DNA of 64,000 nucleotides. It comes from an uncultured bacterium. Lineage in GTDB: Bacteria; Patescibacteriota; Minisyncoccia; Phycocordibacterales; UBA9973. Where the stretch lies: contig CALCZP010000008.1 of assembly GCA_937903035.1 (NCBI GenBank), positions 21,551-85,550 on the forward strand, in the 5' to 3' direction. Positions 37,151-47,040 of this stretch are shown here, piece by piece. The notes below the pieces were generated by a model, which saw nothing but the letters and a program-made list of their open reading frames with translations, was not told the DNA's origin and did no database searches. Each line of letters begins with the position of its first letter. Positions within the stretch are counted from its first letter, which is position 1. The translations under genes and the position numbers were made by a program.

Positions 37151-38071
37151 ATGACATACGATCTCATCATTATTGGCGGTGGCCCTGCAGGATGTGCCGC
37201 AGCCGTCTACGCAGCACGCAAGCAGCTCAAGACCCTCATGGTGGTGTATGAGTTTGGTGGTCAATCAAGCGTCTCAGATACAATCTACAACTGGATCGGC
37301 ACACCTCAAATAAGCGGTGCAGACCTTGCCAAAAACCTCAAAGAGCATGCACTTTCATATAAGGGTGACTATCTTGATGTTATTGAATCAAAAAATGTAA
37401 CTCGTATTACAAAAAATGGTGGAGACTTTACGATCGCTACCGATAGCAACGATTCCTATGAAGCTCGAGCAGTACTGATTACGAGTGGTTCTGGTCGTCG
37501 TAAGCTTACCATTCCAGGTGCAGACGCATTTGATAATAAAGGTGTTATGTATTGTGCAACATGTGACGGCCCCCTCTTTTCTGACATGCCTGTTGCAGTG
37601 ATCGGTGGTGGTAATGCGGCACTCGAAGCAGTGCTGCAGCTTGCACAATATACTGCCCATGTGACACTTCTTCACCGAAGTGAGTCATTTCGTGCCGATG
37701 CCATCACCGTCAAGCGCGTCGAAGCGCTTCCAAACGTCACCCTCAAGAGAAATATTGAGCTTATGGAAATCACTGGTGAAGGATTTGTAAATGGTATTAC
37801 ATTCAAAGAACATGGTGAGACCATCCATCTTCCGGTGAATGGTGTCTTTGTTGAAATCGGACAGATTCCCAATACCGATCTTGCACAACAAGTTGCTAAT
37901 ATTGATGAATATAAAAAAATCGTCGTTGACCCAATAAATCAGCGCACCAAGACCGATGGAATATGGGCTGCTGGTGACTGTACCAACGGACTCTACCACC
38001 AAAACAACATTGCTGCAGGCGATGCCATCAAAGCCGTCGAAGACCTCTATATTTGGCTCAAGACCCGATAG
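37151..38071 (+). CDS. trxB: Thioredoxin reductase
   Basis: FAD motif IIGGGPAGCAAAVYAAR, redox CATCDG, NADPH motif GGGNAALE; TATAAT at 37135-37140 upstream. Confidence 0.9.
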   Translation: MTYDLIIIGGGPAGCAAAVYAARKQLKTLMVVYEFGGQSSVSDTIYNWIGTPQISGADLAKNLKEHALSYKGDYLDVIESKNVTRITKNGGDFTIATDSNDSYEARAVLITSGSGRRKLTIPGADAFDNKGVMYCATCDGPLFSDMPVAVIGGGNAALEAVLQLAQYTAHVTLLHRSESFRADAITVKRVEALPNVTLKRNIELMEITGEGFVNGITFKEHGETIHLPVNGVFVEIGQIPNTDLAQQVANIDEYKKIVVDPINQRTKTDGIWAAGDCTNGLYHQNNIAAGDAIKAVEDLYIWLKTR

Positions 38072-38220
38072 CTATTGACTTTCATTTAAATAACTGATTT
38101 AATTCAAAAAGAATTTGATGGGTTAGTACCTGTTGCATGACTCCAATGGGAGGTGCAGCAGGTTTTATCAAACTGTTTTTTATAGATATACGGGTTAGTA
38201 AGCTTGTGTTTTTTTGTGAG

Positions 38221-38254
38221 AGCCGCTCCAGTACTGGAGCGGCTTTTTTATTTT
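38221..38254 (+). terminator. Rho-independent terminator after trxB
   Basis: AGCCGCTCCAGTACTGGAGCGGCT + TTTTTTATTTT. Confidence 0.65.
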
Positions 38255-39117
38255 GGAAACTCTGTACTGAGTTGAGCTGATTGGTAAAACAATGTCCCAA
38301 GCAAGCCAAACTTGTAGTCTTTACCACCAAGGGTGATTACTGATCCTGCAATTTTTGGATCATTATTCGGATGTGATGCATTGAAGCCAAGATTAAAAAG
38401 TGTTACGAGCACATCAGGCCGTGTACTCACGTCATAGCCACTTGCCCGCCACTGCGCCTGTATTTCCTTGAGGTAGATCGCCGTATACAGATATGAATAG
38501 TAGTGATTGTGTGCATCAGTGAGACGGTTGTAGAGCTCAGTGTCACGATCTACACCATCAGGGTATGCAATGAGCGCAGCAATACTATCACCCGGATAGA
38601 ACACACTCGCTGGATCATTTGCATACTCCTCAATGCGTCGTGCGGTCTCTTGCTTAATACCAGAAATCCCGAGTGAAAACTTTGACATACTTGAGAGAAT
38701 CTTGAGTGGTTCAAAATACTTTTTGAAGCTTTCACGATTGGCAGTGAAATATCTGAGCTGCTCAGGTATAACTGCAGACACGATCATACGTTCAGAGACT
38801 CCTGTCTGACTCGCTACTTTTTCAACGACTTCAGCATCTTTGAGCAACGCACTTTTGACCACGCTCCACTCTGCGGTACTTGCCCAGTCACACGGCGCAG
38901 TCGTCCGACTCTCACCAAGACAATGGTTGGGGTTGTCAGTCGTTGGCAGTGCCCCAAACGATGCATTGCGCTCGATGCTTGAACCTTTCACGTTCAGTAG
39001 GCCAAACTGCATCGCGACAAACACGGCAGTAAATCCAATACCGATCAGTGCAAATACGAGCATGGTACAAGCGATGATTTTCTGGAGAAGTGAAAGGGAT
39101 TTCAGGAGTCGTTTCAT
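38248..39117 (-). CDS. Membrane-anchored hypothetical protein (289 aa)
   Basis: N-terminal TM; no motif recognised; followed upstream by 464 nt noncoding. Confidence 0.5.
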   Translation of the reverse strand: MKRLLKSLSLLQKIIACTMLVFALIGIGFTAVFVAMQFGLLNVKGSSIERNASFGALPTTDNPNHCLGESRTTAPCDWASTAEWSVVKSALLKDAEVVEKVASQTGVSERMIVSAVIPEQLRYFTANRESFKKYFEPLKILSSMSKFSLGISGIKQETARRIEEYANDPASVFYPGDSIAALIAYPDGVDRDTELYNRLTDAHNHYYSYLYTAIYLKEIQAQWRASGYDVSTRPDVLVTLFNLGFNASHPNNDPKIAGSVITLGGKDYKFGLLGTLFYQSAQLSTEFPK

Positions 39118-39581
39118 TGGGCCTTATTGTACTGATATCGGCATATTTTGCAAAATGATCAAAAAAACAAAAGACTGTATCACTTCTCAGGTGACACAGC
39201 CTCTGCCGTATATTTATCTTCGGTTTTTCGAGTGTGACACATTCACCATGTCCTACTATTCCTTGAGGGGGGCAAGTAGTTTTAACCTCATAGGGTATCA
39301 AGAGTTGGCAGAATAATAATCATAATGCCATCAATATACTTACAGATGAGTTTTAACATCATCCATCGCGGGCCATATACCTCTTTGAGAATATAGGTTG
39401 TGTGATCAATCTATATTTTCAAAGCACCATGATACTCTTGAATTTCAGTCGAGTATTGCTACTGGTTCTAATTTTCAAGGGTATCCCTGATGAGCCGTGC
39501 GGGGTTTACTTGTAACTTCTCCCTTTCACAGTTGAAATTACTCATTGAGTATATCAGTACGCTAAAGAAGTCCGCAACTGA

Positions 39582-39845
39582 TTATTTTAAATCAGCGACC
39601 TGAATCGGACTTTGGATCGTTGGTGGTGTCATATCAATCTCACCATACGTCTTTTCGTATGTTTGAACCTGTGACATCATCCATCCTGCAATACTTTTCA
39701 TGATCTGCGGTGTGGTCGCAAAGGTCTCAAGCTGATTGCCAGAAGTCATTGCAAACGTAAAGACATCCTTGCCGTGACCACCAATGGCGCCATCACAAAA
39801 TTTCTTGGGGAGCTGGTTTAAGTCGAGCGTTGTTGGATCAATCAT
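39582..39845 (-). CDS. Hypothetical protein (87 aa)
   Basis: ORF only. Confidence 0.35.
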   Translation of the reverse strand: MIDPTTLDLNQLPKKFCDGAIGGHGKDVFTFAMTSGNQLETFATTPQIMKSIAGWMMSQVQTYEKTYGEIDMTPPTIQSPIQVADLK

Positions 39846-39875
39846 AAATTGATTGTACCACGCATAGCATTTTTG

Positions 39876-39947
39876 TGACCCTACGGGGAATCGAACCCCG
39901 ATTAACGGCTTGAAAAGCCGGCGTCCTAACCGTTAGACGATAGGGCC
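39876..39947 (-). tRNA. tRNA-Glu (anticodon TTC)
   Basis: Reverse complement GGCCCTATCGTCTAACGGTTAGGACGCCGGCTTTTCAAGCCGTTAATCGGGGTTCGATTCCCCGTAGGGTCA folds as a cloverleaf with loop TTTTCAA. Confidence 0.8.
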
Positions 39948-40021
39948 AAGTGACGATATTGTACCAACTTATCTCAAAAAATCAAATGACCCACTTTTCT
40001 TTTGAAAAGTGGGTCATGGCA

Positions 40022-40471
40022 TTAATTTACACAAACAGATTCAACGGGTTGGACTATCCTCTCTGTACCTTCCTTATTGTAAGCAATTTCACAAATTGAG
40101 GAAGGTTGAAGACCTTTCTTCCCGTACTCACGAACACTGTATCCAGCATTTAGAAACTCTTTATTGAGTATCCTTTTTTCCTTTTCTGGCACAAGAATAA
40201 GCACTTTATCTTGATAGCGAACCATTTCTTCCATAAATGAAACAAATCTATCGCCGGCACACATTGTTGCCCAAGTATATGCATCATTTTTTGAACCATC
40301 AAAGAGGATCAACTGAATAGTATGGTCTTTGTCAGACCGTAATACACGGATTACCTCATTGGGTAATTCAAGTAATTTTGATTTTTTTGAACGAAGTAGA
40401 TAATCATGAAAAATGTTCTGGACACTGTATGTCACGAACATCACATTTGTAACCATACATACTTTTTTCAT
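40022..40471 (-). CDS. Hypothetical protein (149 aa), signal-like N-terminus
   Basis: ORF only. Confidence 0.4.
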   Translation of the reverse strand: MKKVCMVTNVMFVTYSVQNIFHDYLLRSKKSKLLELPNEVIRVLRSDKDHTIQLILFDGSKNDAYTWATMCAGDRFVSFMEEMVRYQDKVLILVPEKEKRILNKEFLNAGYSVREYGKKGLQPSSICEIAYNKEGTERIVQPVESVCVN

Positions 40472-40564
40472 AGTGGTTTATTTTTATTAACTATACCATA
40501 TTTGACAAAAAAAGCAAGTTATTGCACTTTATACATTTTGTATGATACATTTTCCCTACCACTC

Positions 40565-40638
40565 GCGCGGTTAGCTCATATGGTTAGAGCGCAGCATTGA
40601 CATTGCTGAGGTGAGAGGTTCGATCCCTCTACCGTGCA
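40565..40638 (+). tRNA. tRNA-Val (anticodon GAC)
   Basis: GCGCGGT-TA-GCTC-ATATGGTTA-GAGC-G-CAGCA-TTGACAT-TGCTG-AGGTG-AGAGG-TTCGATC-CCTCT-ACCGTGC-A. Confidence 0.8.
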
Positions 40639-40652
40639 CATATACAAACAAA

Positions 40653-40678
40653 GTCTCCATACTCTGGAGGCTTTTTTG
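40653..40678 (+). terminator. Terminator after tRNA-Val
   Basis: CTCCAtactcTGGAG gc TTTTTT. Confidence 0.5.
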
Positions 40679-40804
40679 TATACACGCCTAGAGTATAAGA
40701 TCGAACCGATAGGCGCCTGTTTGTAAGGAGTGAAGCGACTATACAAACAGTGCGTTTCGACTGGAGTTTATGAAAGGAGAAGCGATCCCTATGTGCACAA
40801 AAAA

Positions 40805-40838
40805 AACCTGATTTACACTTTTGTAAGTCAGGTTTTTT
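40805..40838. terminator. Bidirectional terminator (gmk on - / tRNA-Val region on +)
   Basis: A-run, AACCTGATTTACActttTGTAAGTCAGGTT, T-run. Confidence 0.55.
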
Positions 40839-40842
40839 GCTT

Positions 40843-41436
40843 TCATACATTTGCAGCAAGAATAGCGTTATACATTTCGTTTGCAGCAGCATCTGCTAAA
40901 ACATCTTCCCCATACTCTATTGGAGTACCGAGTTCAATCATTTTTGCTGTACGTTTTACATCTTCCATTTTACGAAGACCTTGCTCTTCAGGAGTATCAC
41001 GATTACGCCCTAACACCCTCTCATCAAGAGTTTTTAGTGGAACGTGAAGTCTGAATATCAAGCAAGCATCTTTGCCAATAGATTGCTGTATTGCTTCAGC
41101 ACCATTTGCTTCAACATCATACAATGTAATGATGCCAGCACTTTTGTTGGCAAAAAATTGATCGTGAGGTGAACCATACCAGTTGCCTGCATAATAATCA
41201 GTTTCAATGTAGTATCCCGCTTCTTTTCTTCTTTGAAATTCTTCTAAAGAAATGAAGTTGTAATGGATTCCATTAATTTCACCATCCTTTTGAGGGCGAG
41301 TAGTATCAGAAACTGATAACTTTAACTGAATTTCTTTATGAATATCAGCAAAACTAATCAATACTTTTGCTACAGTACCTTTTCCAGCACCTGAGCGGGC
41401 AATAATCATAACTGCCAGAATTTTGGGTTTTTTCAT
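40843..41436 (-). CDS. gmk: Guanylate kinase
   Basis: P-loop ARSGAGKGT; SVSDTTRPQKDGEINGIHYNFIS matches the guanylate-kinase GMP-binding S.TTR motif. Confidence 0.85.
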   Translation of the reverse strand: MKKPKILAVMIIARSGAGKGTVAKVLISFADIHKEIQLKLSVSDTTRPQKDGEINGIHYNFISLEEFQRRKEAGYYIETDYYAGNWYGSPHDQFFANKSAGIITLYDVEANGAEAIQQSIGKDACLIFRLHVPLKTLDERVLGRNRDTPEEQGLRKMEDVKRTAKMIELGTPIEYGEDVLADAAANEMYNAILAANV

Positions 41437-41506
41437 TGTACAAAAAGTTTTTTACAACAGTACCATATCTTGGATTTTGGTCAATATTTTGGTAGGATGA
41501 GTTCCT

Positions 41507-42679
41507 ATGAACATCCTCGCCATCGAGACTAGCTGCGACGAGACCGGTATTACTATCCTCACCCACAATGGAGGATTTGAGATCATCCTGGCAGGCAATG
41601 CGCTCGCCTCACAGATCGATATTCACGCTGCATACGGCGGAGTCTTCCCTGCGTTGGCAAAACGCGCACACGCAGAAAAAATTGTTCCACTGATGGTTGA
41701 AGCTCTGACCCAAGCAGGTCTCTATAGCGAGACTGATACGATGTTTGGTACTGATAGCAAACAGATCATCGCCGACCTCTGCACCAAAGACATCGATCTC
41801 GCAATCCATCTCGAAGCATTCCTCAACGCTGTCGCAAAGCCAGACATCGACTATATCGCAGTTACTGTCGGCCCCGGACTTGAGCCAGCACTGTGGGTTG
41901 GCGTCAATACTGCCAAAGTCCTCGGCAAGCTCTGGAATATCCCCGTCATACCGATCAACCATATGGAAGGTCACATCGTCACTGCCGCAGTTGAAAAGAC
42001 TGGCGAGACAACGTACCGATTTGCAGATCTCGCATTCCCTACACTCGCACTCCTCGTCTCAGGTGGTCATACCGAGCTTGTCCTCGCAGAAGGCTTTGGT
42101 CAGTATCAAAAGATCGGGCAAACTCGTGATGACGCTGTTGGTGAGGCGTTCGACAAAGTCGCTCGTGTGCTCGGACTGCCATACCCAGGAGGTCCCGCTG
42201 TATCAAAACTTGCAGCACAATTTAGAGAGAAAAATATACCAAACGAATTCACGCTTCCTCGCCCGATGCTTCACTCAGGTGACTATGCGTTTTCATTCTC
42301 TGGTATCAAGACTGCTGTGCTCTATGCAGCACGTGATGCAGGTGAGCTCAATGATGACCAAAAGATGGCACTTGCAAGCGAATTTGAAACTGCCGCAATC
42401 GAAGTCCTCGTGAAAAAAACCATCAAGGCAGCAGCTGAATATCATGCACAGACTATCATCGTCGGTGGTGGTGTGGCTGGTAATACGTATTTGCGTAGCG
42501 AGCTCGCCAAAGCAGTAGCAGAAAAACTTCCACAAACCACTGTACTCTTTCCTGAGCCATGGCTCGCGACTGACAATGCCGTCATGATCGGCCTTGCCGC
42601 AATGACACAAGCCCTCGGCAACAACATTCAAACAAGAGATCCTGAAATCCTCAAGGCGAATGGAAATTTAAGCTTATAA
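41507..42679 (+). CDS. tsaD: tRNA N6-adenosine threonylcarbamoyltransferase TsaD (Kae1/YgjD family)
   Basis: MNILAIETSCDETG..., metal-binding His pair (HMEGH), ASKHD-fold; 390 aa. Confidence 0.9.
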   Translation: MNILAIETSCDETGITILTHNGGFEIILAGNALASQIDIHAAYGGVFPALAKRAHAEKIVPLMVEALTQAGLYSETDTMFGTDSKQIIADLCTKDIDLAIHLEAFLNAVAKPDIDYIAVTVGPGLEPALWVGVNTAKVLGKLWNIPVIPINHMEGHIVTAAVEKTGETTYRFADLAFPTLALLVSGGHTELVLAEGFGQYQKIGQTRDDAVGEAFDKVARVLGLPYPGGPAVSKLAAQFREKNIPNEFTLPRPMLHSGDYAFSFSGIKTAVLYAARDAGELNDDQKMALASEFETAAIEVLVKKTIKAAAEYHAQTIIVGGGVAGNTYLRSELAKAVAEKLPQTTVLFPEPWLATDNAVMIGLAAMTQALGNNIQTRDPEILKANGNLSL

Positions 42680-42695
42680 TTGGTACTATCTAGCA

Positions 42696-44861
42696 ATGGA
42701 ACAATCTTCTATCCCTGAAAAGCTTTTGAAGCCCTACGATCCTGTGACCGAGGAATCCCGTTTGTATAAAAAATGGGAAGACTCAGGCTACTTCACTCCT
42801 GAAAACATGATGAAGGACGGACTCACGAAGTCTGACGCAACACCATATACTATTATCCTCCCACCACCAAACGTCACAGGTCACCTTCACATGGGTCACG
42901 CAATGATGCTCACGATCCAGGACATCCTCATCCGCTACAAACGTATGCAAGGCTATCGCACGCTCTGGCTCCCTGGTACTGACCATGCAGCGATCGCAAC
43001 ACAATCCAAAGTTGAAAAAGAAATTCAAAAAAAGGAAGGCAAATCCCGCTTTGATCTCGGACGCGAAGAACTCCTCGCACGGGTGAGCGCATTTGCCGCA
43101 GACAGTCATGACACCATCGTGAGTCAAATGAAAGCAATGGGTGCATCATGCGACTGGACACGCGAAGCATTTACACTCGATGAACAAAGAACGCGTGCAG
43201 TCCGCACGGTATTCAAGTCTATGTATGATGACGGACTCATCTATCGCGGTCACCGTATTGTGAACTGGGATCCCAAAGGCCAGACCACGATCAGTGACGA
43301 CGAGATCGTGCACGAAGCGCGCAAGGCGACACTCTACACCTTTAAATACTCTGCGGACTTCCCCATCGCAATCTCTACCACCCGACCTGAAACCAAAGTC
43401 GGTGATGTTGCTGTCGCAGTCCACCCGACTGATGAGCGCTATACCGAGTATGTAGGACGCGAATACGACGCAGTGTTCTGTGGTGTGCCAATCCATATCA
43501 AGGTCATTGCAGATGAAGCGGTAGAAAAAGACTTTGGTACTGGCGCGCTTGGTGTCACACCTGCACATAGCCCGATCGACTGGGAAATGGCTGACCGACA
43601 TGATCTGCCTCGCCCACAAGTCATCAACGAGTATGCCAAGATGACCGTCGGTGATGAGCGCCTCATGGGCAAAAAAGTGCTTGAAGCACGTGAGACTATC
43701 GTTGCCTGGCTCCGTGACGAAGGTTTGATCGAAAAAGAAGAAATCAATGATCAAAATGTGGCAACTGCAGAGCGCACTGGTGGCATCATCGAACCACTTC
43801 CAAAACTCCAGTGGTTCATCAACGTGAACAAACCTATCGCCGCACGTGATGGCAAAACACTCAAAGAGCTTATGCAAGAAGCTATTCGCGTAGATGATAT
43901 AAAGATCGTTCCTGAGTATTTTGAAAAAGTATATTTTCACTGGATCGACAATCTCCGCGACTGGTGTATCTCTCGTCAGATTTGGTACGGACACCGCATA
44001 CCAGTCTGGTACAAAGGAGATCAGATCTATACAGGTATTGAAGCACCGACTGGTGATGAGTGGTCACAGGACGAAGATACACTCGACACCTGGTTCTCGT
44101 CAGGACTTTGGACATTCTCAACACTTGGTTGGCCAGAGCAGACAGAAGACTTGCAGATATATCATCCGACCGACGTACTTGAGACTGGGTATGACATTTT
44201 GCCATTCTGGGTTGCACGCATGATACTCATGACAAAGTACGCACTCAATACTATTCCGTTTAAGACAGTGTATTTCCACGGCCTTGTTCGTGATCAAAAG
44301 GGACAAAAAATGTCCAAATCCCTCGGCAATGCAATGGACCCACTCGATATCGCGGCAAAGTATGGCGCTGATGCAGGACGCATGGCACTCATTCTTGGTA
44401 CTGCTCCTGGTACTGACTCTAAAATCTCTGAAGATAAGATCAAAGGACAGAAACACTTTGCCAACAAGCTCTGGAATATCACGCGCTTTGTCCTCTCAAA
44501 CTATGATGACTCATCAAAGGATGCAATCTACACAACTGACGACCAGACACTCTATGACGAATGGAAGGCTGTTGCAGCAAGTATGACTACTGATATCGAT
44601 CAGTTCCGTCTCCATATCGCTGCAGAAAGTATTTACCAATACATTTGGACAACATTTGCTGACAAGATATTGGAAAGTAGCAAGCCAATCCTTGCGGGTG
44701 AAGATATATCCGCAAAAGCATCACGACAGAAACTCCTCATGGAACTCCTCGCCGGCAACCTCGTACTACTGCATCCATTTATGCCATTTGTGACTGAATC
44801 TATCTGGGAAATGCTTCCAAATCGAGGTACACTACTCATGACTTCGTCATGGCCTCACTAA
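42696..44861 (+). CDS. valS: Valine--tRNA ligase (short form, 721 aa, no long C-terminal coiled coil)
   Basis: PPPNVTGHLHMGHAM (ValRS-type HIGH region), KMSKSLGN, editing (CP1) domain present. Confidence 0.85.
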   Translation: MEQSSIPEKLLKPYDPVTEESRLYKKWEDSGYFTPENMMKDGLTKSDATPYTIILPPPNVTGHLHMGHAMMLTIQDILIRYKRMQGYRTLWLPGTDHAAIATQSKVEKEIQKKEGKSRFDLGREELLARVSAFAADSHDTIVSQMKAMGASCDWTREAFTLDEQRTRAVRTVFKSMYDDGLIYRGHRIVNWDPKGQTTISDDEIVHEARKATLYTFKYSADFPIAISTTRPETKVGDVAVAVHPTDERYTEYVGREYDAVFCGVPIHIKVIADEAVEKDFGTGALGVTPAHSPIDWEMADRHDLPRPQVINEYAKMTVGDERLMGKKVLEARETIVAWLRDEGLIEKEEINDQNVATAERTGGIIEPLPKLQWFINVNKPIAARDGKTLKELMQEAIRVDDIKIVPEYFEKVYFHWIDNLRDWCISRQIWYGHRIPVWYKGDQIYTGIEAPTGDEWSQDEDTLDTWFSSGLWTFSTLGWPEQTEDLQIYHPTDVLETGYDILPFWVARMILMTKYALNTIPFKTVYFHGLVRDQKGQKMSKSLGNAMDPLDIAAKYGADAGRMALILGTAPGTDSKISEDKIKGQKHFANKLWNITRFVLSNYDDSSKDAIYTTDDQTLYDEWKAVAASMTTDIDQFRLHIAAESIYQYIWTTFADKILESSKPILAGEDISAKASRQKLLMELLAGNLVLLHPFMPFVTESIWEMLPNRGTLLMTSSWPH

Positions 44862-45553
44862 TCCAAGGACAACTCAGCTTCGCCATACTAACCGGACTTG
44901 TACCGTCATTGATATGGTTGTACTTCTGGCACCATATTGATCGCAAAAACAAAGAGCCGATGGGTCTACTCATCCTGTGTTTTGTGCTTGGTGGTGTGAG
45001 TGTACTACTCGCAACACCACTTCAGGCATTCACGAAAAATTTGAGTAGTGACCCTACCGTACGTATCGCGATCTGGGCAGGGATTGAGGAGCTCCTCAAG
45101 TTTATTGTCTTTTATCTGATTGCATACAAGAGCGACTATGATGACGAAGCTATTGATCCACCGCTCTACCTGATCACGGTCGCACTTGGCTTTGCGGCAG
45201 TTGAAAATATCTTTTACCTCATGCAGCCGACTGCAAACTTCAACGTGACCGCCACACTCCTCACGGGCGGGATGCGTTTTTTTGGATCATCACTCCTTCA
45301 TACGATTGCGAGCTGCTTTGTGGGTATTTCGATCAGTCTGTCATCACACAGGCTTCGTCGTTTCGGTATTTTGATCGGACTTGCAGGTGCGACGTTCTTG
45401 CATACAACGTTTAACTTTTTTATACTAAAGAACGACGCTACCAGCTTTATCAAAACGTACGGATATCTCTGGGTCGCTGCTATTATTAGTCATGTTATCC
45501 TTGAGAAACTCCGACGTGTCCCTCTCAAAGAATCAACCGTACAACCAACATGA
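44849..45553 (+). CDS. PrsW-family intramembrane metalloprotease
   Basis: Polytopic; EELLKF and FAAVEN motifs plus distal His; overlaps valS by 13 nt. Confidence 0.7.
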   Translation: MASLIQGQLSFAILTGLVPSLIWLYFWHHIDRKNKEPMGLLILCFVLGGVSVLLATPLQAFTKNLSSDPTVRIAIWAGIEELLKFIVFYLIAYKSDYDDEAIDPPLYLITVALGFAAVENIFYLMQPTANFNVTATLLTGGMRFFGSSLLHTIASCFVGISISLSSHRLRRFGILIGLAGATFLHTTFNFFILKNDATSFIKTYGYLWVAAIISHVILEKLRRVPLKESTVQPT

Positions 45554-46044
45554 AAAAAGGATCATTTTTTAAGCGACTCACAGGTTCTCTCAGCTTTAGT
45601 GAGGATGAAGAACAGCTCGATGGAGCTACTCCAAAAGAAGATAGTGCACCAAAACGTGACATACCTGTTATCTCAAGTGATGGCGAACGATTAAGCACCC
45701 AAACTGATGAAGAAATCGGCGAACTCCCCGTCGACGTCTATGAGACTAACAATGAAATTATTATTCAGACACTCATTTCTGGTGTCACGCCCGATCATCT
45801 TACCATCAACATCACTCGTGACATGGTGACCATCACTGGCAAGCGTGAAGAGAACAAGCATATCTCAGATGATAGCTATCACGTACGAGAGCTCTATTGG
45901 GGCTCATTTGGCCGCCAGGTAGCACTTCCTGTCGAAGTCGATATAGATGAAGCAGAAGCTATCGAACGCCACGGTATGCTCATCATCAAGCTCCCCAAGA
46001 TTGACAAAGCCCGCAAAGCTGCACTGAAAGTAAAGTCTATCTAA
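45550..46044 (+). CDS. Hsp20/alpha-crystallin small heat-shock protein
   Basis: ACD core DVYETNNEIIIQTLISGVTPDHLTINI...MLIIKLPK; overlaps prsW stop. Confidence 0.85.
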   Translation: MKKGSFFKRLTGSLSFSEDEEQLDGATPKEDSAPKRDIPVISSDGERLSTQTDEEIGELPVDVYETNNEIIIQTLISGVTPDHLTINITRDMVTITGKREENKHISDDSYHVRELYWGSFGRQVALPVEVDIDEAEAIERHGMLIIKLPKIDKARKAALKVKSI

Positions 46045-46054
46045 ATGAAATAAA

Positions 46055-46089
46055 AACACTCCGTTTGTAGCGGAGTGTTTTTATTTTTT
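46055..46089 (+). terminator. Rho-independent terminator after hsp20
   Basis: AACACTCCGtttgtagCGGAGTGTT + TTTATTTTTT. Confidence 0.65.
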
Positions 46090-46122
46090 GTACTCAGAAC
46101 CAGGACTCAAATGTGACACTAT
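46090..46122 (-). other. Degenerate copy of tRNA-Phe 3' end (T-arm + acceptor), about 80% identical over about 33 nt, 28 nt from the intact gene
   Basis: gtactcagaaccaggactcaaatgtgacac vs gtgctcagaaccaggctcgaactggtgaccc. Confidence 0.5.
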
Positions 46123-46150
46123 TCCCATTCAGAGGATGCAACTATTGTTG

Positions 46151-46223
46151 TGCTCAGAACCAGGCTCGAACTGGTGACCCTTCCCTCTTCAGGGGAATGC
46201 TCTACCAACTGAGCTATCTGAGC
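46151..46223 (-). tRNA. tRNA-Phe (anticodon GAA)
   Basis: Reverse complement GCTCAGATAGCTCAGTTGGTAGAGCATTCCCCTGAAGAGGGAAGGGTCACCAGTTCGAGCCTGGTTCTGAGCA; loop CTGAAGA. Confidence 0.85.
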
Positions 46224-46270
46224 AGTTGGTGGTCCCTATTTTATACACGAAAACGGCTTTTCAGGCAAGA

Positions 46271-46546
46271 TTATGAATCAGTTGTAGTACCTTTATATTG
46301 GTTGATCAAGTCTCTAAAGGTGTTTGCATCAGCACTCCCACCAAAATCGTAAACTCCTTTGAACTGGTCAAGCAATGGCTGTACAAAATAGAACGCTCCG
46401 ACTGACAGAAGGATAATAAACACCCAGTATACCGTACGAAAGATCATTGCATTACGCTGTACACGATAGAGCTTGTGCAAAATGACATTATTGTCTTCGA
46501 TTTTCGCCTCAAGCTGTACAAGTCGCTCTTCAACCTTTGGATCCAT
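46271..46546 (-). CDS. Small membrane protein (91 aa, 1 TM)
   Basis: ORF in AT-rich island. Confidence 0.4.
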   Translation of the reverse strand: MDPKVEERLVQLEAKIEDNNVILHKLYRVQRNAMIFRTVYWVFIILLSVGAFYFVQPLLDQFKGVYDFGGSADANTFRDLINQYKGTTTDS

Positions 46547-46626
46547 ATAAACAAAAGTATAGCATGAGGAATAGTTCTTAATTAAAAAACACCGAATAAT
46601 CGGTGTTTTGATTTACTAATTAGAAT

Positions 46627-47031
46627 TTATTCAGATGCAAGATTTAACCCATACATAAGCAAAGTTTCTACAACTTCGTTTATACTTTTTTCTCCAAAAG
46701 TACGGAATTTAAGAAGATCTTCCTTTGTATATTTAAGGAGTTCTTTAACAGTAACAATGCCTGCTTTTTTAAGACAGTTCATTGCTCTATTAGTTAAGTG
46801 CAATTCAGTTACGTCTGAATTAAGAATTTGTTCCTTATCTTCAATGTTTATTTTTTTCTTTGAATGTAAGAGATTATTCGGTAAAGCATAGGTAATTTCA
46901 AGCTCTTTATTAGAAGGAGTAACTACCAAACTTGTCATTATTGAACCTTTTACTATATAACCTTCTTTTTTTAGAAATTTCTCCAAATCTTTAAAATTTA
47001 GATTAATTTTTGAGGTCGTACTTATTTTCAT
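46627..47031 (-). CDS. Standalone protein with RNA polymerase alpha-subunit C-terminal-domain (alpha-CTD)-like HhH module (134 aa)
   Basis: LHLTNRAMNCLKKAGIVTVKELLKYTKEDLLKFRTFGEKSINEVVETLLMYGLNL parallels E. coli RpoA 260-320 [55 protein letters not shown]; AT-rich. Confidence 0.6.
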   Translation of the reverse strand: MKISTTSKINLNFKDLEKFLKKEGYIVKGSIMTSLVVTPSNKELEITYALPNNLLHSKKKINIEDKEQILNSDVTELHLTNRAMNCLKKAGIVTVKELLKYTKEDLLKFRTFGEKSINEVVETLLMYGLNLASE

Positions 47032-47040
47032 ATATGTAGT

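Noticed and set aside
38840-39316. ORFs 38840-39316 (+) and 38936-39301 (-) in the ORF track
   Set aside because: They overlap the better-supported 38248-39117 gene or the noncoding region on opposite strands, have no motifs, and are likely spurious
39478-39545. CUGAUGA heptamer (39487-39493) followed later by GAAA, suggesting a hammerhead ribozyme
   Set aside because: I could not build stem II between CUGAUGA and GAAA or stems I/III from the flanking sequence; likely a chance heptamer
40730-41047. 105-aa ORF on the plus strand overlapping gmk
   Set aside because: It is antisense to a confidently identified gene and begins inside the tRNA-Val terminator region
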